A stretch of DNA of 64,000 bases from Lingula anatina (lineage: Eukaryota; Animalia; Brachiopoda): contig CM120647.1 of assembly GCA_051362555.1 (NCBI GenBank), positions 14,236,651 to 14,300,650 of the forward strand, written 5' to 3'. Both the position numbers and the translations under genes were made by a program. A model generated the notes under the pieces. It saw nothing but the letters and a program-made list of their open reading frames with translations. It did not search any database and was not told the origin of the DNA. This document shows positions 51,401 to 61,617 of the stretch, one piece after another (position 1 is the stretch's first letter; every line of letters begins with the position of its first letter).

Positions 51401-53806
51401 ATGATCACCTTAAATTATCTAGACTGTCATCTTCAACTGCACTAGTATTAACTACAACTTGATTTTGAAGTTTCTTGATCACTTCATATTGGATTAATCT
51501 CCGAAATACTGGTTGGACGCTAATGTAAAAAATTGTATGATCAAAATTATTACTCTGGACTATTTATCCATTTACAGATGTACCAAACATACACATGCAA
51601 TATCCCCTTTCTGATTTATTTATTTATTTATTTTTAATGTAAAAAGGAAACTTAATTGCCTTTAAAATATAAAATCAAAATACTACTCAAAGATATTTTC
51701 AATTATAGTTGACATGCCATTTAAAACTAAGTTAAACTTAGATACAATATCAGCTTCTGCACATTCATTTTGGGATTAAGATGCCTAAAGAAATAGCATC
51801 TTGGACATACGTCTTATTTACTGTGTTTTGTATGCCCAGATGTAAGAGGCACAAGAAATGTGCCCTCGGTAAGTCAACAATTCGCCCCGGCCATGGTAAT
51901 GTACATGTAATGAAACCAGTATCTCCCACCATGTCCATTTCCATTTAAACTTTCTTTGCTGTATAAACTTACCCAAACCCTGTCAGAGTCGACATATTAG
52001 CAACACTTGTAATTCCTGTTATCGATACTATACTCATATATAGTTACAATTTCATGGCATATTTTGACAGACGAGCCTGACAATCGTTAAGAAATACAAC
52101 GAACACACGTAAATAAACATTAATCTCTGTGCTTAATAAATATTTTTACTGGTGTCTTATCTCAAACATTATTGTAAATGGTACTCACAAATCCAGTAAA
52201 TACTTCGAGGCCAGGTGATCCTTCGTATCCATGGCCATCCATGCAAGCAGGTTTTCATCTGCCTTCTTCCTCGCCGGTGTTTATTGTTTGCCTGTCGTAC
52301 ATTTGCTGATACACTGTTTTACGCGCATTTTATTTTCTGGTGTTGACTTTTGTAAAGGGTGTTTCCTTTTTCTTTTTGTTATCTTTCTTCCCTTCTTCGA
52401 TGGAGTCTCAACTAATTCAGCCTCCTGTTCCATGTGCTTTCCCGGCAGCTTGAACTAGTTTTAACTAGGTCGCAATACGAGAATCTCGCGATATCCGGAA
52501 GTCTAGAGAGCTCAATAATGAAAATGGAGGTGGTTGTTGGTAAACCTCCGCTTAAGCGGAGGTTTTCTTTTTATTGTATTTTCCAAAAATGTTACAGAGC
52601 GATGGCGAGTGCCGGGAATGATAGATTAAAGGTTGGTAAATCGCAGAAAAGTACTGTTAACCTCGGGATAAATCGGGATAAATCAATTTTGGCGCGAAAA
52701 TCCTCTTTTGTGTCCTTTTAAGCTAATTACTCAACTGATTCTTCGTCAGAAAAGTTCATCTACTTTGTAAATAAGCCATTCAATCGACCAATAAGTTAAT
52801 TTATATTAATTTATTCATTTAACTATATATCTTTTCATTCATACAGTAAATCATTTCTGTTATCACTCACCAGACACCGTTTGGAACCTTGTCGATCTCT
52901 CGTGATGCAAGCGCCGAAAATACCGGTGAAGAAAAACTGAAAAAAGAGGGCTATATTGGAGATAGAATTTTGCACAACGTTTGGTCTTAGTCTAAGAAAA
53001 TAAACATTGTCGACCTCTATAAATCAACTAAACCTCTAGCCATACTTTCTAGGCATCAAACTTCAGCACAAGTATCCAACAGCCAAGGAACCGAGAAGAG
53101 CAGGTACGTTAGGAAATACAAACAGTGCTACATGTACGAAATACATGTTCTACCAATAAATCCTTAGACATTCTACAAAGAGAAAACACATCTTGTCTTG
53201 CATAAATGTCTGGTTGATAATCTTCCAATAGCTATGTATGCTGATATAAACGGCGTATTTCAATTGCCTTAATTAGACCAGTTATTAGTCTTGAGAAGAT
53301 TCATTATGTAAATATTAATAAAAATGTACATTCCATTTTTGTCGTTTTTTTTTTTTTTTTTCATCTCGTTATTATGTCATGTGAAGTATTTGGAGGGTAG
53401 CTCAGACAAGTCTTGGTTAAGTTTGGCATCTGCATTCTTCAAAAGTATAAAAACGTAGAATAAATTAAGGTTTAAGTAAAAAAAAAATTATAAAACTTAC
53501 CCAGGCACCGCACCATATCGGAGCACTCACCATAGTCAAGGTGCGAGATAGACCAGAAGCATAACTGTTGAACGAGTACGAAGTGTAGAACGAGTTGTAG
53601 CTGCTATAATGATAATATCTGTAGGCATTTAAAGTCAAGGAGCTTTGGTCCGTTTCAAAATGGTTCAGATAGAGGTCGGCCGCGCCACACCCTATTATAA
53701 GGAGTCCCAGCGCAATCTGAAATCCACCCAAACATTGGAGGGACCCGTAAGGAAAACGGTCTTGGGGCTCCCCCGCCGGAACCACTTGGTTGTGGCCCAC
53801 GTGCAT
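39368..53806 (-). CDS. MS4A/CD20-like four-TM protein, copy 4 (287 aa; intron 3 expanded to ~10.9 kb by nested transposons)
   Basis: Exons 53501-53806, 52871-52936, 41898-41987, 40174-40314, 39368-39628; all GT-AG, phase 0, open frame; poly-Q/poly-P tail. Confidence 0.85.
39654..39823. mobile_element. Fold-back MITE (170 bp, ~65 bp inverted arms, TA flanks)
   Basis: ta|GAGAGCATTCACAT...ATGTGAATGCTCTC|ta; absent from paralogous introns. Confidence 0.85.
41033..41566. mobile_element. HINE/pearl-like (Helentron-associated) non-autonomous element
   Basis: Subterminal inverted repeat ACCTCCGCCAAGG / CCTTGGCGGAGGT, ~120 bp internal tandem units (gatccggatcaccaccaaaaact), (GACA)n/(AAAC)n tract and a 3' palindrome. 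Confidence 0.7.
44678..44836. repeat. DIRS internal complementary region (ICR), circle-junction template
   Basis: Joins copies of both element ends at TTTTTGAA|TTCTATTT (44753/44754). Confidence 0.9.
44898..46109 (-). CDS. DIRS tyrosine recombinase (N-terminal SAM-like plus catalytic domain)
   Basis: SWRKSTQNQY, SYSAINTARCALS, HPLIVRFLKG, SAQRAQTL (Arg), KAHSTR (HxxR), GWSSSKTFAKYY (Tyr); overlaps the 3' end of pol in another frame. Confidence 0.93.
   Translation of the reverse strand: MGEYVFIHFSSFQPDSQDNQEDSGRSGRCFSCDTFLVDTSMVHSINGNVSRHPYSVTANNNSIITSTPERGDTPNGKSLETVGMQSIRKTLKSDRISERAIEIIFQSWRKSTQNQYSVYIKKWRMFSNQRKVNFYRPTVANVLDFLVHLYEDGSSYSAINTARCALSTFITIGASTVGSHPLIVRFLKGVFNTRPTASRYQQVWDVSIVLNYMRKLSPARQLSLKDLTMKLIMLMSLTSAQRAQTLHLLKFQELELHKNYVLFNIKETLKQTRPGIGTISIQFKSYPPDRRLCTLTYVKEYLKRTKPLRNGQEKFFISYRKPFSSVSKDTISRWIRILMHQAGVEESFKAHSTRAAAVSAAERAKVPVDDILKAAGWSSSKTFAKYYNKPIKGKEFADAVLNN
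45692..47767 (-). CDS. pol: DIRS pol: reverse transcriptase, RNase H and DNA adenine methyltransferase-like domain
   Basis: RMILNLK, IDLRDAY, ALPNG, YIDD (RT); SDA..WG, INAFEL, SDNTTAVAY, NVEADWESR (RH); IDLFASRLN, YIFPPF (MT). The frame starts at GTG without an ATG. Confidence 0.95.
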   Translation of the reverse strand: MEKLKKIFEVSPQHNIAGRISKFISQWELLTSDAWVLQTVRGLRLEFVDNNYPKQTTPLREIRFTESEEKLIDIEVSRLLCKGVIVETQNEEGQFVNTIFTRPKKDGTRRMILNLKPFNKFMKYHKFKMDTLKTVLNLLCHKAYMARIDLRDAYYMVRIYKEHQKFLKFQWRNKLYMYTALPNGYSDAPRAFTKLLKPLCASLRRKGIIMISYIDDIYIQASSENECLWAVQETVKLFKTCGFLIHDEKSALIPTQEIVFLGFKINSRNMTVQLTNEKKQAYKEMIDDSIRRDDASIREIAKILGILISCLPGLLYGPLHYRKLERAKINALKQNKDDYEAVMDITDDMKVDLDWWSRNILFATNKIYHGNAQIEIQSDATPLAWGAICRDTRIGGFFTEEEILFCHDNINAFELLAIKMALHAFIQEIKGKVVLLRSDNTTAVAYITHMGGLKSPVCDEIVSDIWNKCIENDIWLTAEYLPGILNVEADWESRNVNIRTEWSLDIDIFKKVTDIFGMPCIDLFASRLNSKLEVFASWKPEPGAKYINAFSISWENMYSYIFPPFSLIPRIIKKIREDQADALVVIPFWLTQAWFTPLMEMLVDIPILLPPTTTVLSLPHQKGVTHPMGNHLKLLACKVSGKLSNQIEFQRELSKSFFSHGENPLRTNIQSILKSGECFQIKGRSIFIDQL
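47770..49002 (-). CDS. gag: DIRS gag-like ORF1 (410 aa from MAEKVES)
   Basis: Open frame upstream of pol with PSNCEGLQPITINEEIW, DLKLQRVQ, RRKEALRP, LFGDE and an Arg/Gly-rich C-terminus, typical of DIRS ORF1. Confidence 0.88.
   Translation of the reverse strand: MAEKVESRPKVKKNTHGHKKSSDGKSKESGDTPQFLTEIQTLTQSSVHVENENGASTSADNATTVDHKISAALDFIAGTMKNMQDNLQKQMEDFKNEIRYEYPQEYYEEPVYDDTSVLSEARDSDQVFEMADTAHNENPSTSKRNIEEELLPEKKMKVLKKMTETAKKSEPKGPEINTTLADNITAFMRSKPMEEETKALFEKILAPSNCEGLQPITINEEIWPSISHDAKTQDLKLQRVQNCLIKGVSSMAVAMNKLISKWDSDTKNLEEEDFEEIINDATNALRAFGCTNFELCTRRKEALRPHIDKQYSHLCASSIPYTNRLFGDEIVKRIRDMSDVNKMNHQVFKNTGPSYSGTPRERGRRTSMRARGRSFPTKSIRGARSGTSRGQFRTYHRQQDLKNCPATLHH
50460..51035 (-). mobile_element. 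3' fragment of a CR1/L2-group LINE inside the Kolobok
   Basis: Minus frame LYQSIVHSILEYACPVWHPGLT; ends in AATAAA plus (TTA)n at ~50460-50480. Confidence 0.7.
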
Positions 53807-54960
53807 TGTGGGTCTGAAAGAAAATGGTGGTGTATTAACGGTGTGCTGTAGATATTTTATTGTTTATTTTCTTGATTCTTTTTTAACTGCCATTATTTAC
53901 GGTGAAAATTATATACACGTATGGACTTAATTGCCACTACCTTAGAAAATGATCGATGCCCCAATCTCTCTCTCTCTCTCTCTCTCTCTCCACAAGTATA
54001 TTGGTGTATAAACAAAAAACACAGGTAATACATATGTGTAAGTGCAAATTAAATAATGCATATAAATAGATAAAAAGATTATGATATAAACGAAAAAATA
54101 TAAATGAGATTTATAATGACAAATTACACCTACCCTGTTTTCGTCCGCAAAATTTTTTTTAAATCCAAAGACTATTCAGAATACTACTACTAATACACTA
54201 TACGCTCAAAGTTTTTTTTTTTTTTTTTTTTTTTTTCCCACATAAAATTGCACCTACGGCTTACATGCGACTTAAATAAACGACCGGAAAGATGCTTAAA
54301 TGAAATCCAACGCCGCACTGTTTTGGTTACTTTTGTTCTGATAGCGCGTCAGACACAATGCGAAATCCGGGGTTCGATAAAACCATCGACAGCAAGGGCA
54401 GGTATGGAAAAGCGAAAGTAATTGTCGATATCACACCTGAACTTAACGTTTGAGTTTAGATAGTTTTATCTTTCGTTTAATTTTTGAAATATCTGATACA
54501 CGTTTACACTTAAGATATGACCCATTAATTTATACCCCTTAAACAAAAATCGACTGTAAAGAAAGGTACGTTGGGTTGGCTAGGGGTATTTCAGTTTGAT
54601 TCCGCCATTTATTATTTTATTTTTAAAAAAAATTTTTTGCATAGCTGATATATTGTTGTCAATCCTACAATGTCCATTTTACATCATTTGTAACATCAAA
54701 GAGCGACTATTACTACGTAAAATTCGATCAAACACAGTTTTATCAGGAGTCACCACACCCCAACCAATACATGTCCCATACAACCTCTTATGCAGTTACG
54801 CTTTTTTTTTTCTGGAACCAATTAACTGAAAAATAATACGTGTGGGTATAATAAAACGTTTACCTTAATTCTTCTTCTGTTGCTGAAAGAGAGACAGAGA
54901 AAGAGAGAGAGAGGGAGAGGAGGAGAGGGGCGTAGTAGTAGAGATGTCATCTTGACTTAC

Positions 54961-55137
54961 CTGAGTTTTTTCAAATTTGATCGTGTAGCCGGTTTTCCTC
55001 TGCGTCTTAACCGTCCTCACCGCCTAGCCAGCCAGTCGGCGCCCTATCTTCACAGAATGGTTTCAGGTAATGCACGACACTTTAAAACTAATTCCCAGTT
55101 ATGAGCACACATGAATGTTGCGCCACTTAGTTATAAA
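54961..55137 (-). promoter_or_regulatory. Putative TATA box and non-coding exon 1 of copy 4
   Basis: TTTATAA at 55131-55137; donor CAG|gtaagt at 54961. Confidence 0.6.
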
Positions 55138-55740
55138 GCTTGTCCTCAGCCGTGTCCTCAGTATGCAGCCTCGACCGATTCATAAGACATGACCTAAATC
55201 TTTGTTGAATCAATAACTGTCGCTTCGTTGGTAAACATGACACAAGGGCTATACTGTTTAGTCAAAAGGACTTACCTGTAGAGATATGATAAAAATGTTG
55301 TTCTCCAGATTTGTATCCACTAATCACTCAATTACATATTCCATGTTTTGCAATAATAAACCCGAGGTATGGACTGCACATAATGCAGTGCACGCATTGT
55401 AATGAACTATGGTTTTTAGAGGTTACAGAAAGAAGTGCACGTGCACAAAACCTGAGTGGCACCAAGTGAATATAGGGGTAACGGTATAATGGCAAAGTCA
55501 AATAGGAAAAAATCCTTGTGAGCTGCTGTGGGATCAGTGGCGCAATACCTATGCGTACCACATTATGTTAGAGTTATCGTTAACATTTTACATTTTATTA
55601 ATTTCGTTCAATTAAAAGAACTGTATATTTTTAACACTTAGAGCGTGTTAATGAAAGGTAAGAAAAACAGGAGGTGGATGGTAAGTAATCCAGGGAGCCG
55701 GGTCTTTAGTTAAAGAAACAGCGGTCTTTATCGCTATGTT

Positions 55741-55816
<76 letters not shown>

Positions 55817-56605
55817 GTAAATAAATAAGTACCGACACGTTTCATGTTTATTTATTTTTAGTTATATACATAAATTATCCGCATAGTTGAGCTCTCTGAA
55901 TGCCACACACACATACACATATATATCTGGATTACAAAATACAGCTTTGTGTATATTTTACGCCATGCATGAAAATAAGTCATTGATTCACCTGCTTTAT
56001 CTGCACAAGTTAATGCGGCTTGTTTTCCGCGCCAGGGGAACGACTGTTTCTCAAACACGCGTCCAGCAACGTGGCCCGCAAAAGAGCTGTATAGGGCGAA
56101 ATCCATTCTCCTATTCCAGTGTATAACCACGACGTGAGCGGTTGCCACGTCATTTAGAGGTGATTTCCTCGGCTTCAAGAAGCTTTTTCGCTTCGTATTG
56201 AGTGCGATCGAACGCACACGATAGTTTATCACCCCTAGCTGCTCGAGGAAGCGTGACATTCAATCAATCTTATTACATTCAGCGGGAGTCCCTGAGGAGT
56301 TGGATCAATCTATGTAGGACGATAGCTACATTTGGAAAGCACCCATAGACGTGCTTGGCTGCGCTGCATGTTAAAATGTATAAACTGAAAAAAAAGAAGT
56401 TGCTATGTACATGTACTAGTGATTTGGTTATGCAGACGGCATAGAAGAGTTCTGATTTGATAATGGAGTTAATGTTGCCATAACAACTGTCAGAAGCCTG
56501 CTACTGCCTGGTTTCAGTGGGCGGTGCACTACCATAATCAGTGTCACTATCTTCATCTTCTTATTTCTGCTTTTCAGTCAGTGCACTCGGAGACCGCTTA
56601 TAGTG

Positions 56606-56936
56606 TCAATAGAAGTTTTCTCCTCGGGGAAAAGCCTCAGGGGGTTTTGATTTATCTTCAGTCCAGTTACCTCCAGCAACAGGTTGCTGGTAGTTTGGAT
56701 TCTGGTAGGAGGGCCCTCCGGCTGTTTGGTAAGGGGTATATGGACCTGGCTGTTGGTATCCCATAGGGGCAGTGGGTGACATGTAGGGTTGAGACTGTGG
56801 TGGAAGCTGTTGTTGCTGTTGTTGGGCGGTACTTATCATTGGATAGTAGGGCTGACCCGGTACACTGCCCGGTATATAGAGAACTTGCTGAAATGACAAA
56901 ACACCAATACCACAGTGTACAATGTAATACATCTCT

Positions 56937-56975
<39 letters not shown>

Positions 56976-59900
56976 GTGTGTTTGTGTCTATTTAACTATA
57001 AAATATACTGAATGAAAAAAAATTGTAAAAATTTCAACTTAAATTAATGGTTTTATAATAAAAAGGCCAAAAATACCGTTTCTTGCTGGTCTATGGGCGA
57101 GCAGCAACAGCAGACGGAGGCGGACACGATGGCTACTATCCACTCAATGAAGCCCAGCCCTCCCGCTGCCACAAAAAACACGTACTGTAAAATATTGGCA
57201 TTGGAACTGATCTGTAAATAAATGCATGGGTATCAAAATGTTACTTTCAACTGATAATTGAACGTGAAAAACCCGTGATTAAGATGCTCTGTATAATGTG
57301 GCACCCCTACCGCCATTATATTCATTGCAACAAGGGTACCCATGGTTTTAATTTTACTATCACATAACAACAGCGAAACCGATCTTTGTGTAAATTGGGG
57401 CTGTGAATGGTAGAGCATTGACCTATTTAACGTGATATAATCTTATTGAAATCCCTAAAGACTAATTATTATTTTGATGCGTCTTCAGAGTGAGGGGTAT
57501 ATTTTATAGTCTACCGGTACCATTGTATAGGCATGCTGGCAGTCGTCAACGGAAGCCTTTACGCATAGCTATGCATCCAAATACTGTCGAGACTATCTTT
57601 GGGGACTATGACCACCCATTTATGATTAAGCACGATAGTGCTACTGCATGTACAGGTAATGCAACAGTAGGGTGGTCATATGCCAACCAGACTCAGCTTA
57701 ACACCCAGATTGGAACGTCATTAAGAATGTACGGGATAACCACGGAAACGGATAACTGAAGGATAATCCTGCTGACAAAAATGACCCCATACTATCTATG
57801 CACCATATGTGGAACGCCAGCATTCAGCAAACGTTACATAAATTTTGACTCCACCCAAAGACGCGCCAGGTGCGTCAACTAGTCCAGGGGATAAAGTACA
57901 AAATACTAAAATGTGGCTTTGATGATTTTACTATATGGTTAAGTCATTAATTGGTTGTATAATCAGTAACTTTTTGTGTAAAGAATGATTTAATGCGTTG
58001 AAATAAGAACACTGGATCACGGCATGATCCCGATATCCCTTTATCAAGTATAGTATAGTATAGTATAGTATAGTATAGTATAGTATAGTATAGTATAGTA
58101 TAGTATAGTATAGTATAGTATAGTATAGTATAGTAAAGCGGGTTTTAGTTTTTGAAATTGATTAAATGATCGATATTTTGAATCTCTCGACAATTAGAGA
58201 GCTCTCGACAAATAGAAATGAAAGTATAAACAATTAGGCTACTAAGCTTAGAGGAATATGGGTTTCATTTAAAATAATGCAGATATTTGACAGATCTCAA
58301 GTGACTCTGGCTATTCAATTGCTAATAAAGGTAGAACTGTCGTTTAGTGCTCATTCCCAATGAAACTATGGGTCTACGTAAGTCGATCCAACTCCATGGG
58401 GACCCTTGCTGATTGCAGTCAGTAACAGATTAACACTCCTCCTTTTCTTTCCGACGTACTATTATAATCACCTGCTTTTCCGCCTTTCACTCAACGTCCC
58501 CAAGAAGAGGTTTATTTACTTAACGTGTGACTAACATCTTACAGAGCATTCTGAACATCGGACTAAGAGATCCGCCGACGAATATGGCCGACTACTTGGA
58601 TACTTGTGTAATCCCCGCGGGGAATGTATTTAGTGTCTATAATCGGGAATAAAGCGGCAAGCTTTTAGTTGGTCAGCATATTTGATCTGCAGATCTGTTA
58701 CAGTTAGTCTGCGCTGTTCTAAATGTGCCCTCTGCTATCAGGACTTCTAAATTAGAAAGCAAAATTAATATTTTTGTAAGGGACCAGTAACGCACACTGT
58801 GGTCGGAGTAAAAAAAACATGCTGTCACTTTGGGTCATACTTACTATGAAAAAAGGTGAAACAATCACTAACCCCATCGCAGTAGGACCGAAGATTATGG
58901 CAGTGAGGATTGAAAACGTCTGGAAAGAGTTCCGCTGAAAGAGAAGTGAAAGTGAAAGTAGTATACATAATATATCATAAATTTGCTTCAGTATAGAGAC
59001 CTGTTTGTCCCGAGCGTAATATATCTCAACGATACAACTGCATTTGTATGTTTTCGGAGATATCTTCCGTCATGTCATAACGTCATAAGAGCTCGTTTCT
59101 GTAAAAGTTCTCCATACCCGAGGGTAGGTAATTAATTGCCTGTCATTAGGGTAGGGGGAGGGGAGGGGGGAGGTGAGGGCCGTATTGCAAGATAACTGTC
59201 TTATGTAAAGACCAGGCAAAAGAATGTGTTGCCGTGACCGTACCGTTGGAAACTCAAAAACTTTCTTGGAATGGATATGTTGTATTTCGCTGCAGAAAAA
59301 CTAACTACTTCTGAAAACAAGCAAAAACTGACATAAACTTTATGGACTAAAACTGAATTAAACATAAACCAATATGGTTCGGGGAAACCAGTGTCGCTGA
59401 ACTGAAATGTCAGGGCGGGAGTTCAACTTTATACCTGTACGTGTTTCATGTGACACATGAACACATCTCACTACAATACTCTGATCTACTCTCTAACTTG
59501 TAATTACTGCGCGTGTTGCAGTTACAGAATGGCAATGCCCTTATCAAAATGAAACATTTGCAGCTACGAGTTTACAGAATTTGCAAGTACAATTTTATTG
59601 CTGCTAGTTTGAAGCCATATTGCAGCACATTTAATCCAAATTCAAAATAAGGAATTAATTTGCACCAATATTGCAGGAAATTTGCTGCAAATTCGCCGCG
59701 AATTTACAGTAGACCTGATATTTTGCTAAGGGCAGGCTCTCAAAACCTATCATAACAGATGTGCTGCCTGAATAATGAGAAACAATGTTTATTGACATTC
59801 CATAGGTAGACGTTTAAATTACCACTGCTTCTTAATAAGTAACGTTCACTTTGGAAAGATTCGTCTCTCTCTCTCTCTCTTTCTCCTTCTACCTTTCTCT

Positions 59901-60729
59901 TTCTTAATCATTATTGCCTAGGCTTATTACTCGTGCGACTAAATTGCCAGCTACGCCCTAAATAAGTCGGTCAATCAAAGGATAAGTTAATTTATACTAA
60001 AATACTCATTTATCTATTTATTAATTTGTCTCTGTTATCACTCACCAGGCATCGTTTGTAACTTTGTCGATTTTTTGTGATGCAAGCTCCGAAAATACCG
60101 GTAAAGAAAAACTGAAAATTAAAAAAGAGACAGATATTTGTATAACATTTGTTTTAGCAAAGAAAAACCGCTATCAATCAACTAAACACTAGTCATTTTT
60201 TTCTGGGCATCAAAATTTAGGACATGTGTCCAACAGCTAAGGAGCCGAGAAGAGCAGGTATGTTATTAAATACAAGCACTATTATAAGTAAATTTTAGAA
60301 AATACGTTTTGTCTTTCATAAAATCCTGGTAGATAATCTTTTTTTCACTTGCTATGTATACCTTATATTTTTAAATTATATAATTAGTCTCGTCGGCATA
60401 TCATGTAAAGTATTGGGAGGGAAGCTGGTATTATTAAAAATTAGAGAATAAAAACTTACCCAGGCACCGCACCATATCGGAGCACTGACCACGGTCAAGA
60501 TGTGACCTATCTCATTATAAGTCATGTTGCGATGATAATACATGTTGGTATTGGAAGTGAAAGCGTTTTGGCCAACGGCAAAATAGTTGAGATGGAGGTC
60601 GGCCGCGCCACACCCTATTATAAGGAGTCCCAAAGCAATCTGGAATCCACCCAAACATTTGAGGGCACCGTAAGGAAAACGGTCTGGAGGCTGACCCGTC
60701 TGAAACAACTGGGTATGACTTGCGTCCAT
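56606..60729 (-). CDS. MS4A/CD20-like four-TM protein, copy 5 (280 aa; near-identical to copy 3)
   Basis: Exons 60460-60729, 60046-60111, 58845-58934, 57077-57211, 56606-56887; open frame ending GENFY*. Exon 1 is displaced beyond the window by the BEL insertion. Confidence 0.85.
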
Positions 60730-60777
60730 TGTGGGTCTGAAAGACAATAGATATTTCTGAACAAAAATACAGGCAGT

Positions 60778-61484
60778 TGTAACTGCCCGCGACATTTTAT
60801 TTTATTTTATTTATTTATTTATTTCTCATTATTCATTCGAAGTACATTTTCCGTTCTTTCTCTGTTTACTCTTTCTCTTTCTCTCTTTCTCTCTCTCTCT
60901 CTCTACTAATTATAACGTTACAGGCCACCGCACTTACCTAACCGCACCGTCACATGCCTGTACCACACCCTGCACTGAACAGTTTTCATTCCACAACGTA
61001 TATAAGGCCTCCTCTCTATTTCTTTTTGCTCACTTCACTTTCTTACACAGAACGATACGGGTACTCTAACGACACCATTTTTAGCACACCCAGTCGGAGG
61101 AAAAGGTAACTATTTCAACGATAACGTAAACTTCTCTGGCTTTGGGTATTTCAACGTTTCTATCTATCCTTTTATAACGATATTAGCACACTTGGTCGGG
61201 GGTAAGGCAAATTATTTCAACGCTAAAGTAACGTAAACTTCTCCGGCTTTGGGTCTTTGCAACGTTTCCGTCTATCCTTTCTCTTACACTTTCGTATGTA
61301 CTTCGTGTAAATTTGTTATCAATTTTTAGGTTATTTTGTATCTAAATTTGTTTTCAGTATTTTTCGCTACAATTTTTGTTCTGTTATTTATTTTGTTTTA
61401 TTTTATTTTCTTTCAGTTTTACGTTTGAATTTAATAAAATTCAACCAGTTAGAGACTTCCTTTATTTGACTGAGTGCAGCTACA
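60778..61484 (+). repeat. 5' LTR (707 bp) of the BEL/Pao element
   Basis: TGTAACTGC...GCAGCTACA terminal inverted repeat; TATATAAG 60999-61006, Inr-like TCACTT ~61030-61035, AATAAA ~61433. The 3' boundary is supported by the copy at 21423. Confidence 0.85.
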
Positions 61485-61617
61485 GTAAAACTTTTCCTCC
61501 GACTGGGTGTGCTAAAATGGTGTCGTTAGAGTACCCGTATCGTTCTGTGTAAGAAAGTGAAGTGAGACAGAGGAAAGTGTAAGAAGGACTCAACGAAAAC
61601 AGAAAGTGACAAAAAGA

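Larger units (their letters stand above)
42507..52717. mobile_element. Decayed Kolobok-type DNA transposon hosting the DIRS and LINE insertions
   Basis: TTAA|AGGGACAAAAAAATAGGATT...AATCCTCTTTTGTGTCCTT|TTAA. Removing it restores the paralogous intron (attattgc-TTAA-gctaattact vs attgcctaggcttattact). Broken minus-strand coding remnants (LASKYLLD|gt ~52190; ERLFLTFECCLQDIF ~50280-50325). Confidence 0.75.

Noticed and set aside
61106-61290. Self-cleaving ribozyme in the LTR repeats
   Set aside because: No hammerhead core (CUGAUGA/GAAA) or convincing twister/HDV pattern by eye; a covariance search would be needed.
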